This document shows positions 62,314 to 64,000 of a stretch of 64,000 nt of DNA, piece after piece. Position 1 is the stretch's first letter, and each line of letters starts with the position of its first letter. The notes under the pieces were generated by a model that had not been told where the DNA came from, searched no databases, and saw nothing but the letters and a program-made list of their open reading frames with translations. The translations under genes and the position numbers were made by a program. Source of the DNA: Camelus dromedarius (taxonomy: Eukaryota); assembly GCF_036321535.1 (NCBI RefSeq), contig NC_087436.1:107696001-107760000 (forward strand), given 5' to 3'.

Positions 62314-63829
62314 GCCAGTGGTTAGAAAGTATGAAGTGTAATGATTTTTCTCTCAATTTGGAAAGGATATGCTCTTGTGATCTAGATGAACATTTATGAA
62401 GTAAGATACAGAAATTAGATGAGGAGTCAATGTTTTGTTTAACATACTGGAGTTTGTGTCACATGGATGAAGTAGAATCTTAGTGGGCTACCATATACAT
62501 CATTCCTAGGGATGAGAACATCTTGTTGCCCAACTCCAGGGGATACTGCCCACCTGATAATATGCACTGTATCAGCCAAAGATCCCTTCAGGCCAGGCTA
62601 CCATCTTTTCCATGTTAGCCATGCTGCAGATTATTGCCAGCTGTCCCATCTGGCCTCTGGTGATTAAGTACCACCGTGGGATCTCATCATTTTCATTGTA
62701 ATAAGGGAATCCATTCAATGGCAGTGCTTTCTACCTTTCTCCAAAGTACGTCCACTTTGCAAAGAGGATGGTGTCCTGCTCACCGATGTATTTCTTAATG
62801 TTGTCAGGAAGAGAATGTTCTCTTAGAACGCTTGGGGGATATAGGGTATTGGTAAGTGGCGCATACTTGATAGATTAACTACACAAATTCAATGTAGGGA
62901 AATAGAATGGGATTCGAATTCAGCCCTGCCTATTCACAAAGGCTGTGCTGTTTCCACTACGTAAAGCTGCTTCTACATAGGTCTTGAAGTCCCCTTTGAA
63001 TCTCCAATTTCTCTTACAAAGCTTTCCTTAAAATGAAGTTGACATATACTATGTACCTCAGGCAAAATGACCCCTATATTTGGCCGTTAATTTTTCTGAT
63101 GACATCAGCTGTGGGTAGGGTCTAACTACTTGCGAATATTTTCCAGACAAAACAAATAATTGTGACTTCTTCTAGCATTTAGGCTGCTGAGTGGCTAGTG
63201 TGAAAAAACTAAAGGTGACTTTACTCTGTAATTCTGCCTGCATTCCTCTAAAGTGATTTAATGTCTAGCAATTCCGTGTACCATTAAGGAGCAATTAAAA
63301 GCAAGCGCAGTACGTTTCAATTCTCTAAACACTGCAGTGCTAAGTCACAGATCTTGGTTCCCGTTTCATTTTTTTTTTAGCAGCAAGGCAATCAGGGCAC
63401 GGATCTTTCTTATTTCTTTTCCTTTTCCTCATTATCCTTCATATCCCTCTTGCCATTGAAGGGCCTTGTGTCCCTATGACAATCCTTCGGAAACAAAGAA
63501 TTAGACATGGTACAGAGGTGGAGGAGGCATTGGACATAATGACGACAGAAAAGTCCTAGAAGCCTAGATTTCCAGAATGGTGCCCTCCTTCGAAATCCCT
63601 CTTGTTTCAAGGTTTCGCAACCACAGCTGACTGAACTAGACCTCTGTTACCCTGGGTGAAAGGGCTTAAGCAGATAAATGGCCCTGGGGAGGAAAACTCA
63701 TTGATGGGAGCATAAAAGATGCCTTGTGCCAGATTTTTCTTTTCTTCTGAGAGCAGATTTTATTGGGAGGAAAGAAGAAGGTAGCTCACAGTTTTGAACA
63801 CCTCTGCCCCGACCAGCATCGGGATAAAC

Positions 63830-63990
63830 TCTTGAGACATTTAACCTTCATGAGACTCCTGTGAGCTAGGTATTTACCATCTGGATTTTACAGTTGACAA
63901 AATCAGAGAGGTTCAATTAGTCGCCTGAGGGCATACAGTTTGAGAGTTTCAGAAGCAGGATTCAAGACTGACTTTAAAAACTGATCTCTG
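63830..63990 (-). mobile_element. MIR SINE
   Basis: 'catttaaccttcatgagactcctgtgagctagg...ttttacagttgacaaaatcagagagg...gcaggattcaa'. Confidence 0.75.
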
Positions 63991-64000
63991 TCTTTGGAGG

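Larger units (their letters stand above)
59131..62885 (-). mobile_element. Decayed ERV-L-like internal region (gag, partial RT/RNaseH, IN, dUTPase remnants)
   Basis: Minus-strand remnants in proviral order: ENILFLTTLRNTSVSRTPSSLQS and PRNDV (gag); EHILSKLREKSLH...FWKHH; AQWSLLQALERESQ...YSSFEK*FLACFW..ETEYLTM; HVNAYQ..AEE; IHEPSGH; VINHNYNGKLLLHNEGNEE. Confidence 0.85.

Noticed and set aside
63071..63083. CArG (SRF) box
   Set aside because: CC-TATATTT-GG has seven A/T bases, not the required six.
1..64000. Inferring host-gene strand from repeat orientation or poly-T bias
   Set aside because: L1 and LTR orientations are mixed and I cannot compute skew reliably; intronic versus intergenic is undetermined.

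Overview
This is 64 kb of mammalian non-coding DNA, intronic or intergenic. It is most likely from a camelid (alpaca, llama or camel), judged from two Vic-1-type tRNA-derived SINEs and camelid-type L1 3' ends. I could not identify any host protein-coding exon, functional RNA gene, CRISPR array or prokaryotic system, and I see no good evidence for a new biological system. Nearly all ORFs in the track are chance ORFs or transposon debris. A large part of the window is interspersed repeat: MIR, L2, L1M/HAL1, MaLR/ERVL/ERV1 LTRs and hAT elements. Subfamily names come from recalled consensus similarity and need RepeatMasker/Dfam confirmation; boundaries without a TSD are approximate. Most notable: (1) a young 5'-inverted (twin-primed) L1 with a perfect 14-bp TSD, nested in an old L1ME-like element; (2) an ancient, internally deleted ERV-L-like provirus with gag/RT/RNaseH/IN/dUTPase remnants, PPT and 3' LTR, itself hit by an L1 and a MER34-like LTR; (3) three ERV1 solo LTRs (one nested, two forming a divergent inverted pair, MER41-like) with GAS/kB motifs, next to a 1.8-kb stretch with seven AP-1 sites plus CCAAT, kB-like and TATA motifs, a candidate inducible enhancer/promoter; (4) a roughly 1.1-kb fossil hAT/Charlie transposase that the ORF track splits across frames; (5) an unexplained 123-aa ORF at 43.6-44.0 kb.
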